Part shown: piece after piece, positions 11,573-20,421 of the stretch
Position numbering within the stretch: position 1 is the first letter of the stretch
Layout of the letters: the number at the start of each line of letters is the position of its first letter
Source of the DNA: Myxococcaceae bacterium
GTDB lineage: Bacteria > Myxococcota > UBA727 > JABDBI01
Reading direction: 5' to 3'
NCBI GenBank assembly: GCA_016000045.1
Contig: JAECQY010000002.1
Location: 95,777 to 159,776 of the forward strand
Length of the DNA: 64,000 nucleotides
Position numbers and translations under genes: made by a program
The notes under the pieces: model-generated
Databases searched by the model: none
What the model was told of the DNA's origin: nothing
What the model saw: the letters and a program-made list of their open reading frames with translations, nothing else

Positions 11573-12723
11573 TCAATGCGTCAAGGTCAGCAACTCACGA
11601 TACTGACTGCTCACACGTTTACCGTCAAACGCTATCGAATAAGCTTGAATCTTCGAACAGCCAGCGGTTCGCAAAGCGTAACAATACGCTTTCTCTTCGG
11701 GCAATTTATCGGCGGTCAGGCAATCTTGAATCAAGTCGTTGCTGGAGGTATTGATCCAATACGGCTTTAAGGCATAGTGGTGCTTCAGAAAGTTCAGAAT
11801 AGACCACGGATTGTAGATCGTCTGTCTCTTTCCACCAAAATAGTAACCATTGTACCAAGACTTCAACTCTTGCAGGTGTTCTGCAGGGCACATGGCTCCC
11901 ACTTCTTCCTCGGTAAATCCAAAATAGTCTAGTTAAAAATCTTCGCTAATATCATACACGCTGATGTTGTTCAGATCCGAGAACAAGCTTTCTTTGGAAA
12001 TCCGGGTAATGCCAGTGATCACAGCTTTGTACAAAGCCGTGTTGGATTTGAGCACCGCTCCTAGGACTTGCTTCAACAAAGCCACGGCTTCTGGAAAAAA
12101 TCCGTTCAAATAAGCATACTGCAAAGGCGTGTCGTATTCGTCAATCAGCACCCAAACTTTCTGGCCATGGTGCTTTTCCAAAAGCTCCGTCAAGCACATC
12201 AAAAAAGGGCCTATTTCAACACTGGGAAAGTCTCTCTGGGAATAGAGCTGCAGAGTTTGCTGGTCAAATAGACTCAATTGTTTCGAATGCTTTAAATACT
12301 CAAACTGACGATAGCAAGCGGAGATAGGGCTCTTCAAAGAAGCCTCGAGGTTCTCGATGCTCTCTGCTTTTAAGCCCTTAAATCCCAACATCATGACCGG
12401 GAACTTCCCCTCCAGCCCGCTAGAATCTGGGGGTATTGCTCGATTGCTAAGCCATCAAACAAAGGCTCATCACTACCCATAAAGTATTTGAGCATCGACA
12501 GATTCAGCGATTTGCCAAAACGTCGGGGTCTGGTTAGTAAAAGAACCGAGGAACCATCCCGAATAACATCGCGAATGAAGAGGCTTTTATCGCAATAAAA
12601 AAGCGGAGTTCCAGTATCGTCTACTGAAGTTCTCAGTTGTTTAAAATCATCGATGCCAATCGCATAACGCATAACGCATAACGCATAGGCTATGATTCTC
12701 TCACGCCTGGACTGATTAATCAA
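11573..12723 (-). pseudogene. AAA-ATPase-like (PF09820-type) protein with PD-(D/E)XK region, split into three ORFs by frameshifts
   Basis: Consecutive fragments 12391-12723 ('FYCDKSLFIRD...RPRRFGKSLNLSMLKYF'), 11933-12394 ('VWVLIDEYD','ITGITRISKESLF') and 11573-11902 ('WYNGYYF','YNPWSILNF','YWINTSSNDLI'). They are colinear with a single protein family but lie in different frames. Confidence 0.6.
12659..12688. repeat. heptanucleotide tandem repeat (ACGCATA) about 4 units
   Basis: 'cgcataacgcataacgcataacgcatag' read directly. It sits in the 5' region of the frameshifted ATPase gene. Confidence 0.8.
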
Positions 12724-13083
12724 TCGCTCTCCAGATACTCTTGACCAGGTTCGAAAACGGGTGAGACGAGTACCAGACCCTTCGAATCCAAAACGCCCTG
12801 AACCCCAGCGGTTCCCGCGAACTTAGAAAAATGGCAAGGCATGCAAGAGCAATCCCTTATTCTTGAGAAAAATACCTCATTTTGACCAACTCAAGCACGG
12901 GAGAATAAACCGCCCCTGGATCCTCAAAAAAAGGAGATTACGAGCCAGAACAGACTGTGGCACAACCTCAGCTACTGTTGCATCGATGCTGCGGTAGGAT
13001 TTTCAAATACAGACCTTCAAAACTCTCGAGCATAAAAACTCAGAAACAGTCCGCAGCCCTTCCTAATAAAAAAAGTAATGCTT

Positions 13084-13587
13084 TTAGTTGATATTGATTT
13101 TGATTTTGATCCTTGAAGTTGGTGTTTTTACGCATCTCACGTAGATTGCAAGCCCAACATTACACCATTGTGTCATACAGCCATAGATTGGATTTGTGGG
13201 CGATATGCAAAAATAGTCTTGAGCGTCTGCCTGAGTAGAGGTCCATGAAGGCCCTTCCCATTCTTGCGAGAATGGATGTTGCACCGTGTACTGATACAAT
13301 TCCCATGCATTTGGAAGGCGCCAGCCATCTCCTAAATTGGCGCAATATGCTTCTGCATTCAGGTAATTGTATGACAATGAATTACAATTCCCTTCCTCAA
13401 ACAGCAGTTCACCTACATTTTGGCACGAAAGCGTACAGTCACTACAGCTGTAAGGACTTATATTTGTGCAAGGACAAGAATTTCCTGGATTTGAAATTTC
13501 TGGTTTAGAAGCATTGCAACACAATGCTTGGTTTTGCCAGAAAAAAACAGATAAAATCGATATAAAAATAAATTTTTCGATTGACAT
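13084..13587 (-). CDS. small secreted Cys-rich protein with a DUF1566/Lcl C-terminal-like motif
   Basis: 167 aa. Signal peptide 'MSIEKFIFISILSVFFWQNQALC', many Cys, and 'AEAYCANLGDGWRLPNAWEL...SWTST...YVRCVK', which resembles the DUF1566 core. Confidence 0.5.
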   Translation of the reverse strand: MSIEKFIFISILSVFFWQNQALCCNASKPEISNPGNSCPCTNISPYSCSDCTLSCQNVGELLFEEGNCNSLSYNYLNAEAYCANLGDGWRLPNAWELYQYTVQHPFSQEWEGPSWTSTQADAQDYFCISPTNPIYGCMTQWCNVGLAIYVRCVKTPTSRIKIKININ

Positions 13588-13794
13588 GTCGGCCGTTTTA
13601 TCATTTTTAACTTATTTGTCAATGTATATTTAACGTCGTGTAGATGGAAAATATGCCTATGACTTGTAATTCTTAAGGGGACTATTGGTGCTGTTTTGAA
13701 CGAGCCATTTCAAGTCTTAAATATTTGAATCCCGATAGTACTTGAGTCAAGTCCGTGATTGTTTAGTCCCAGATTGTGATGGCATCTATGATGT

Positions 13795-14469
13795 GCCACA
13801 AGCAACTTGGGAGAGAATATGGGACAAGTCCTTCATGGATGCGCCAGAACGACCAAGGCGGTGCGTCGAGAGATACAAAAACAGCCAAACGAGCCTAGCA
13901 GCGCTTGCAAACTGATACTGTCTGAACGTTAAGACGGTTGCCAAATGGGAGAGGCGAGATTTTGTAGAAGATGTTTCGATAGGCCCCCAAAAGGGTCTAT
14001 CCACTGTTCTGCGCCCAGAACAGGAAGCTGCCATTGTAGCGTTTCGTAAACACACGCTATTGCCTTTGGATGACTGCCTTTATGCTCTGCAACGCAATCC
14101 CAGAACTGACTCGTTCGTCTCTTCATCGATGTTTGCAGCGTCATGGGATTAGTCGACTGCCCAGCACTGTCGAGCAGCCAAACAAGAAGGAGAAATTCAA
14201 AAATGATCCCATTGGCTATTTTCATATCGATATTACGGAGGTGCATACAGAAGAAGGTAAACTTTATAGGTTCGTAGCGATTGATAGAACCTCGAAGTTC
14301 GCCTACGCTGAACTCTTATGAAAAGTATGGAAAAATAGAAGCTGCCGAGTTTCTTAAACGCCTTGTCCAGGTTGTTCCCTATAAAATCCACACCCTTTTA
14401 ACAGACAATGGTGCACCAAGTTCAACAAAACTTCTATTTTTTCCGGACTCAATAATCTCGCAGATTTGA
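13795..14469 (+). mobile_element. IS481-family transposase remnant (frameshifted, C-terminally truncated)
   Basis: The HTH-like region 'RYKNSQTSLAALAN..LNVKTVAKWERR' is interrupted by a stop. Integrase-core fragments follow: 'FKNDPIGYFHIDITEVHTEEGKLYRFVAIDRTSKFAYAELL' and 'VPYKIHTLLTDNG', spread over three frames. Confidence 0.6.
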
Positions 14470-14949
14470 CTCTCAGCGACCGAGCAGCCACTTTATTGGG
14501 CCTCACTTTCGAAGAGCTGCAGCACTTTTTCTCCGATCACATCCAGCAAGCTATCCATCAAAACACTCTTTCAAAAGCCGATTTTATGCAATCCATGCAA
14601 GATTGGTACAACGGATACCGTTTCTCGCCTCACCTTCCTACTCGGGTTTATAATCCTTGCTCCGTCATTCGATGTTTACTCTCTGGCCGTTTTGAAAATC
14701 ATTGGTCACAAAGAGGAAGACTTCGGCACTTTTGACCTCGATCGAATTCAATTGCCCACCTTGCTCTTTCAGACTGGCTATTTAACGATTCAAGACTACG
14801 ACCCAAGAACCAAGAACTTTCATTTGGCTTACCCGAACAAAGAAGTTTTTGAAACCATGATCAAAATATTGGCTCCCATCCTTACAGGGAGTCTAGCCTT
14901 TGATCCGAAAGCCAAAAACATCGTCGACCACGTTTGGAGACATCTGTAG
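14466..14949 (+). pseudogene. C-terminal fragment of a second AAA-ATPase-like/PD-(D/E)XK gene
   Basis: 'WYNGYRF','VYNPCSVIRCL' and 'FQTGYLTIQDYD' are spread over two overlapping frames. The N-terminal ATPase part is absent, and the fragment abuts the IS481 remnant. Confidence 0.55.
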
Positions 14950-15112
14950 ACACGCTTCTGCCAAGCCTCTGCTCACTCGATTCAAACTCCTCAACATTTT
15001 CTAAGAAGGCTTAGGCATGCATTTGACCAAATTCAGAGCATTTGCTAGAAATACAAGCGATGAGTTTGTTTGCTAATGGCTTGAAAAATTTCAAGTCTGA
15101 TCGAGGTCCTCT

Positions 15113-16576
15113 ATGAATAAAATAAGTTGTCTTTCAGTCTTGGTTTTCTTAACTTCTGCCTTCGGTCATGCAGATGTTGCACTGCCTCGTCCAGCTTTTT
15201 TTCGCGATGGTTTGATTGGTTCGTCTGAAATCATCCGCTGGGGTTCGTCGGCCCTCATCTCAAAGATTGCCTTACTCGTTCAAAGCGGATTTGAGAACTC
15301 GGAGAAAATTAGAGAAGAAGCTGCTGTACGATCTAAGTTCTTAAAGCAGATCTTGAAGCATAAAAAATCATACGAAGACCTCGAAAAAGAGCGCATTCAA
15401 AAAATTAAAGAGCTTAGAAAAAAAATATGGCAGACCCGTTCTCATCTTCAACTTGATGAAGAAGAATCTTTAGGTGACATGCTGACCGAGCTATCAGAAC
15501 TCTTGGATAATCCTGCACCATCAGATTCTAACGAGGACGAGTCTCCTGAATTCGATCTCAATCCAAAATCTGTCAAAGGCTTATCTCCTTCTAATCATTT
15601 TATCATCCCAGGAATACGGATGGCGGCACCTAAAAAAAGCGGCGGCTCGGGTGGTGGTAAAAAGTCAGAAGTTAGAAAGGATAGCAGCGCTCAAGCTCAG
15701 ACTGAGACTGAGACTCAAACTGGAGTCACAGTCGTTTCGGCAGCTCAGCCATCCACACTAGCCCCTGCTTCGGGTTTTATACAGGTTTCTGGTCCCGCTC
15801 CCGTTCCCATGGAGCTTCAGACTGTTCTTAACCATATAATAAACGAAAATATCGCTTTAAAAAATGAAAATGCAGCTTTAAAAAATGAAAATACAGCTTT
15901 AAAAAAGGAAACTCAGGATCTTAGATTAGGACTACAACGCGAAACAGATCGCAGTGCCATTCATGAGCGTGATTTGCAGCTTGTGCGCAACGAGTATCGA
16001 ACTTTACTAGAAAGCTACGGGGTTCTTCAGGCCGAAGTAGCTCGATTAAGAACTGAAAACGAAGCATTAAGAATCGAAAACGAAGCATTGCGTCAAGATA
16101 ATAAGCAGCTAAAAGAGCGGCTCACCACCGCTGAAAGCCAGCTTCAAACTCTGCAATCTGAACTTCAAATTTTGAAGCAAAGATCCGACCAGCAACAATA
16201 CATGCTAGAAGTTGGGCAAGCACTGGGCTACATAAACGATGAGATTCGCAGAGTTTTTGACGATCCTGCAAGCCCAGGATTTCCAGGCATTCAAAGAATG
16301 GCTAGAAGAGATGAATTCCGAGGCGAGGAGTCCCGTATCTGGGCTGAGTTTCTTCGAGCACATCCTGGTGCAGATGATATGAGCTTTGCACGAGTTTTTG
16401 CGGAAATCATGGGCGACCGAGTTGGCGTAGCGCATCCTGGACGACGCGTAGATACCATGAGAGAAGAAGAATTATATCACCGTATTTTAACGATCAAACC
16501 GAATTTGGAAGAATCTTTTGTAAGAAAGTTTGTTGACTTTATCTTTACATTCCCTGTGCCTGATCAACGGCGTTAA
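15113..16576 (+). CDS. secreted Gly/Ser-rich and coiled-coil repeat protein
   Basis: 487 aa. Signal peptide, a 'KKSGGSGGGKKSE' linker, and heptad-like repeats 'NIALKNENAALKNENTALKKE' and 'ENEALRIENEALRQDN' that also repeat at the nucleotide level. Confidence 0.6.
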   Translation: MNKISCLSVLVFLTSAFGHADVALPRPAFFRDGLIGSSEIIRWGSSALISKIALLVQSGFENSEKIREEAAVRSKFLKQILKHKKSYEDLEKERIQKIKELRKKIWQTRSHLQLDEEESLGDMLTELSELLDNPAPSDSNEDESPEFDLNPKSVKGLSPSNHFIIPGIRMAAPKKSGGSGGGKKSEVRKDSSAQAQTETETQTGVTVVSAAQPSTLAPASGFIQVSGPAPVPMELQTVLNHIINENIALKNENAALKNENTALKKETQDLRLGLQRETDRSAIHERDLQLVRNEYRTLLESYGVLQAEVARLRTENEALRIENEALRQDNKQLKERLTTAESQLQTLQSELQILKQRSDQQQYMLEVGQALGYINDEIRRVFDDPASPGFPGIQRMARRDEFRGEESRIWAEFLRAHPGADDMSFARVFAEIMGDRVGVAHPGRRVDTMREEELYHRILTIKPNLEESFVRKFVDFIFTFPVPDQRR

Positions 16577-16730
16577 CCCCAGGACAAGGGAACCAGGCCT
16601 TTGCATCGCTGAAATAAACACGCTCGCTTGCCTACGAGAAGTCTCGTTTTTATTCGGCACCTGGTTATTTCGCGCTTGAGCCGATTCATCCACTGCTCTC
16701 AAGATACTCTCTTGATCGAATCGATTCCAA

Positions 16731-17396
16731 ATGGCAGACGTGACGGACTTTATGCTCTTTCTAGAAGGCAACATCGGTGCCGGAAAATCAAGTTTTTTAA
16801 AGCTTCTTGGCGAAGATTTGGACTGCCGCATTGTTTTCGAGCCACATCAACGTTGGCAGTCCCTCCAAGGGGACCAAAATCTACTGGAACTCTTTTACAA
16901 AAGCCCAGAACGTTGGGCTTATACTTTTGAAACCTATACCTTGCTAACTCGCCTCATCGATCAGGAGCCGTTTCGGTCTCTAGAAGATCACCGAATGGTG
17001 ATCAACGAACGTTCGCCTTATTCCGGATGGTATTGTTTTGCTCAAAATACGCACGCCCAAGGGTGCATGAATTCTTTAGAATGGGGCCTCTATCAGTCTC
17101 TTTGCAAGCACCTTCTTCACCAGTATGCCATCGCTCCAACTGGATTTATCTATCTCAAAACCGATCCAGAAATATGCCTCCAAAGACTCCAAAAACGGGA
17201 CCGTCACGAAGAAAGCAACATGCCTCTTAGCTATCTCGAGCAAATCCACGATCAGCATGAATCCTGGCTTTCTCAAGAGTCTACGATCCCGGTTTTAACC
17301 TTGGATGGAAACCTGCCCTACCTAGACGATCTCGCAGCCCGCGATCACCTGGTGCAACTGGTGAGTCGTTTTTTTGGCGTTGGAAAAAAATCATGA
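16731..17396 (+). CDS. deoxynucleoside kinase (dCK/dGK family)
   Basis: P-loop 'EGNIGAGKSSFLKLL' and the 'ERSPYS' motif. 221 aa. Confidence 0.8.
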   Translation: MADVTDFMLFLEGNIGAGKSSFLKLLGEDLDCRIVFEPHQRWQSLQGDQNLLELFYKSPERWAYTFETYTLLTRLIDQEPFRSLEDHRMVINERSPYSGWYCFAQNTHAQGCMNSLEWGLYQSLCKHLLHQYAIAPTGFIYLKTDPEICLQRLQKRDRHEESNMPLSYLEQIHDQHESWLSQESTIPVLTLDGNLPYLDDLAARDHLVQLVSRFFGVGKKS

Positions 17397-18055
17397 ACAA
17401 TAAGAAGCAGTACTTTGTCGAAGGCAATATTGGAGTTGGAAAATCAACGTTTCTTCGACTGGTTGAAAAAATGCTGAATTGCCAAATGGTTTTTGAACCA
17501 CACGATCAATGGCAAGACATCAACGGCGCCGGCAATCTATTAGAGGCTTTCTACCAAGACACACCTCGTTGGGCTTACACATTTCAATCCTACGCTTTTA
17601 TTACTCGAATCTTGGAACAAAATCGAAAGGCTACCCTTAGCAACCACGAAGCCCAGATTATCGAGCGTTCTGTATTTTCCGATCGGCATTGTTTTGCTCA
17701 ATTGGCCTTTGAAGCAGGCAACATGAGCATTTTGGAGTGGCAAATTTATCAGCATTGGTTCGATTGGCTCGTCGGCGGCCATCATGCCTCTCCTGCAGGC
17801 TTTATTTATCTACGAACCGACCCAGAAATCTGCTTTCATCGCTTAAAAAAGCGAGCTCGTGCAGAAGAAATAGGCGTCTCTCTGGATTATTTAAAAGCCC
17901 TGCATCAAAAACACGAAGATTGGTTGCTCAATCAGGAAAAAGCTCCTGTTTTGGTTTTAGATTGCAACCTTGAGTTTGAAAACGATGCCAAACGCCAAGA
18001 AGAGCTTATGTCTTCGATTGTCGAGCGCTTCGCACCTGTTATCCAAAGAAAGTAA
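17393..18055 (+). CDS. deoxynucleoside kinase (dCK/dGK family), second tandem copy
   Basis: 'EGNIGVGKSTFLRLV' and 'ERSVFSDRHCFA'. ATGA start/stop overlap with the upstream paralog. Confidence 0.8.
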   Translation: MNNKKQYFVEGNIGVGKSTFLRLVEKMLNCQMVFEPHDQWQDINGAGNLLEAFYQDTPRWAYTFQSYAFITRILEQNRKATLSNHEAQIIERSVFSDRHCFAQLAFEAGNMSILEWQIYQHWFDWLVGGHHASPAGFIYLRTDPEICFHRLKKRARAEEIGVSLDYLKALHQKHEDWLLNQEKAPVLVLDCNLEFENDAKRQEELMSSIVERFAPVIQRK

Positions 18056-18093
18056 CCTCAGTACGAACCATCTTAAAGATGCACAAGATGCTT

Positions 18094-18630
18094 TTAGGCG
18101 TCTTTCTTTACCCAATAAGAGTGCAACAAAATTCCAATCGCTCCGACTACAATGCAGGAATCTGCAATGTTAAACGTCGGCCAATGCGCATGGGGATAAC
18201 CCAAAAATCCAGCATGCACATCCAAAAAATCGATCACATAGCCCATGCGAAAACGATCCAAAAAATTTCCAATCGCTCCTCCAATCACCATGGAAAAAGA
18301 AGATAAGATCAGCCAATCTGCTTCTTTGAGTCGAAAATACCAAATCAAAAATAAGAACGTGGCTAGGATGCTGACCGTCAAAAGGAAAGGCTTGCGAAAC
18401 CAATCGGGGATCGAGCTAGTAATGCTAAAAGCCGCTGCGGGGTTTTCTTTGTAGATTAAATTGAAGAAGTTTGAAACAATCACCCTTTCATGCTGACCGT
18501 AGAATTGACCCGGTTGATATTCGTAGGCAAGCGTATCTTGAGCCCAAATCTTGCTCACCTGGTCTGCAGCCACCGAGACCAAAACAATACTTAAAAGTAA
18601 AAAAATACGTGCTTTCAGTGAAATCCCCAT
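18094..18630 (-). CDS. lspA: lipoprotein signal peptidase (signal peptidase II)
   Basis: 178 aa, four TM segments, conserved 'FNIADSCIVVGA' region. Confidence 0.8.
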   Translation of the reverse strand: MGISLKARIFLLLSIVLVSVAADQVSKIWAQDTLAYEYQPGQFYGQHERVIVSNFFNLIYKENPAAAFSITSSIPDWFRKPFLLTVSILATFLFLIWYFRLKEADWLILSSFSMVIGGAIGNFLDRFRMGYVIDFLDVHAGFLGYPHAHWPTFNIADSCIVVGAIGILLHSYWVKKDA

Positions 18631-18738
18631 GCGTTCGACCTAGCACAAAATCTTCTCTAGGAAACCAAAAATGTTCGCTCGACCCCTCAGATGGATTAAA
18701 AAATAACAAAGCTCTCTTAATGTGGTACAGCAAAACCC

Positions 18739-20421
18739 ATGAATTCTTTATTTCAGGGCACTTACGACTCCTTTTATCTTTCGCCCGAGTTAACACTTGG
18801 CCTTCAAGAGTTAGGGTACACAGCTCCTACTTCTGTTCAAAACGAAGTCTTTAAGCCCATTCAAGAAGGCCAGGATTTGGTGGTCCAGAGCCACACTGGT
18901 TCCGGTAAGACAACCGCCTTCTGCCTTCCTCTTCTAACGCGTATCCACCCTGAAAAATATCCACAGGTGCTCGTTTTAAGTCCTACTCGAGAACTTGCCA
19001 AGCAAGTTTCCGTTGAAGCCACTCGGCTGAGCCATCACACTCCGATCCAAGTAACCGCTATTTATGGCGGTGTTTCTTTCGAAGCCCAGTTGGCTGCACT
19101 GAAAGCAGGAGCCCAATTTATTGTTGGAACCCCGGGACGAATCAAAGATCTGTTTGAAAAAAAACGCTTAGATCTTTCTCGAATTCATACAGTCGTTCTG
19201 GATGAAGCAGATGAAATGCTTTCCATGGGTTTTTGGGACGATGTCACTTACTTGCTCAATCAAACCCCTCAAGCACGGCAAACGTTGCTTTTTTCAGCCA
19301 CCCTGCCTTGGGTGATCGAACAAGCTCTCTCAAAAATCACACGCAACCCAAACACCATCCAATTGACTTCAGACCAAGCCACGGCTCAGTCGATTCGACA
19401 CGTGGTTCATGTTGAAGATGATCGACAAATTAAATCGCGCAGCCTGCTCTATGCCATTGAGCTTCACAAACCCAAACGAGCCATCGTTTTTTGCAATACC
19501 AAAGAAGAAACCGAGATCTTAGAAAATTATCTGAAACGATTCTCAATTCATGCCCAGGCCCTTAACGGAGATATGAGTCAGTCTGCTCGAGAACGCGTAC
19601 TGGATGAGTTAAAGCACACCGAATCGTCCATCTTAATTGCAACAGACGTGGCCGCACGAGGAATTGATGTGCCCGGTCTCACGCATGTCTTTAACTACGA
19701 ACTACCCGATAATCCGGAGAGTTATGTTCACCGAACTGGGCGAACCGGCCGAATCGGGCACATCGGAACGGCGATTTCGCTTATACGAGACAAAGATGAG
19801 CTCATGCTAAGCCAGCTCCAGAAAACATATGAGCTAAGCTTCGAAAGAGTTCCATTTCCCGCTGAATCTGAAATTCTCTGGATGCAAAGTCAGCGATTGG
19901 CGCAGCTTTTAATTGAGCAAGCAGAACAAGTCGAAATTAGTCAATATCGACCCGTCGCAGAAAGCCTTCTCGGTCGACCCGACCTCGCGGAAGTGCTCGC
20001 TTTTCTCTTGCGTTCACATTTTTCAAAAATAACTCAACCAAGCAAACCAACTCAATCGGCCCCTAGGCCCAAAGCACCGTCTGTACAAAAGCTTCCGGAA
20101 CATCGCGACCTTTACGTCACCCTGGGCCGACAAGACGGATTTACCAACCTCGCGGGCCTAGCCAATCATGTCAGCGATTTGTCTAAAGTTGATTTAGGAC
20201 ACTTTACAGGTCAAGGAAACCTTCGGGATACAAGCTCTCATCTCGAAGTCGACTACAATGTAGCCAACCAGATCAAAGAAGCGCTTCATGGACTCGCACG
20301 CGCATCGGGTGTCACAGAAACAATTACGTGTGATTTTGGTTCAGGAAAACCTCAAAAACCGAGAACATTTCACAAGGACAGAAGATTCTCAAGCAAATCG
20401 GACAAACCAAACCCGGTTTGA
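18739..20421 (+). CDS. DEAD-box ATP-dependent RNA helicase
   Basis: Q-motif region, 'HTGSGKT', 'DEADEM', 'SAT', 'HRTGRTGR'. The C-terminal extension is basic and Ser-rich. Confidence 0.85.
   Translation: MNSLFQGTYDSFYLSPELTLGLQELGYTAPTSVQNEVFKPIQEGQDLVVQSHTGSGKTTAFCLPLLTRIHPEKYPQVLVLSPTRELAKQVSVEATRLSHHTPIQVTAIYGGVSFEAQLAALKAGAQFIVGTPGRIKDLFEKKRLDLSRIHTVVLDEADEMLSMGFWDDVTYLLNQTPQARQTLLFSATLPWVIEQALSKITRNPNTIQLTSDQATAQSIRHVVHVEDDRQIKSRSLLYAIELHKPKRAIVFCNTKEETEILENYLKRFSIHAQALNGDMSQSARERVLDELKHTESSILIATDVAARGIDVPGLTHVFNYELPDNPESYVHRTGRTGRIGHIGTAISLIRDKDELMLSQLQKTYELSFERVPFPAESEILWMQSQRLAQLLIEQAEQVEISQYRPVAESLLGRPDLAEVLAFLLRSHFSKITQPSKPTQSAPRPKAPSVQKLPEHRDLYVTLGRQDGFTNLAGLANHVSDLSKVDLGHFTGQGNLRDTSSHLEVDYNVANQIKEALHGLARASGVTETITCDFGSGKPQKPRTFHKDRRFSSKSDKPNPV

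Noticed and set aside
11367-11576. 69-aa hydrophobic ORF overlapping the 5' end of the ABC ATPase gene
   Set aside because: It overlaps the better-supported ATPase start region in another frame. It has no ribosome-binding site and no conserved motif, so it is likely spurious.
13786-14246. Minus-strand ORFs 13786-14055 and 13929-14246
   Set aside because: They are antisense to the IS481-family transposase remnant, whose plus-strand frames give recognisable integrase-core motifs. The minus-strand products have no features.
15830-16110. Short direct repeats, which I checked as a possible CRISPR-like array
   Set aside because: The repeats are in-frame codon repeats encoding the 'ALKNEN' and 'NEALRIE' heptads of the coiled-coil protein. 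There are no unique spacers of regular length and no cas genes.
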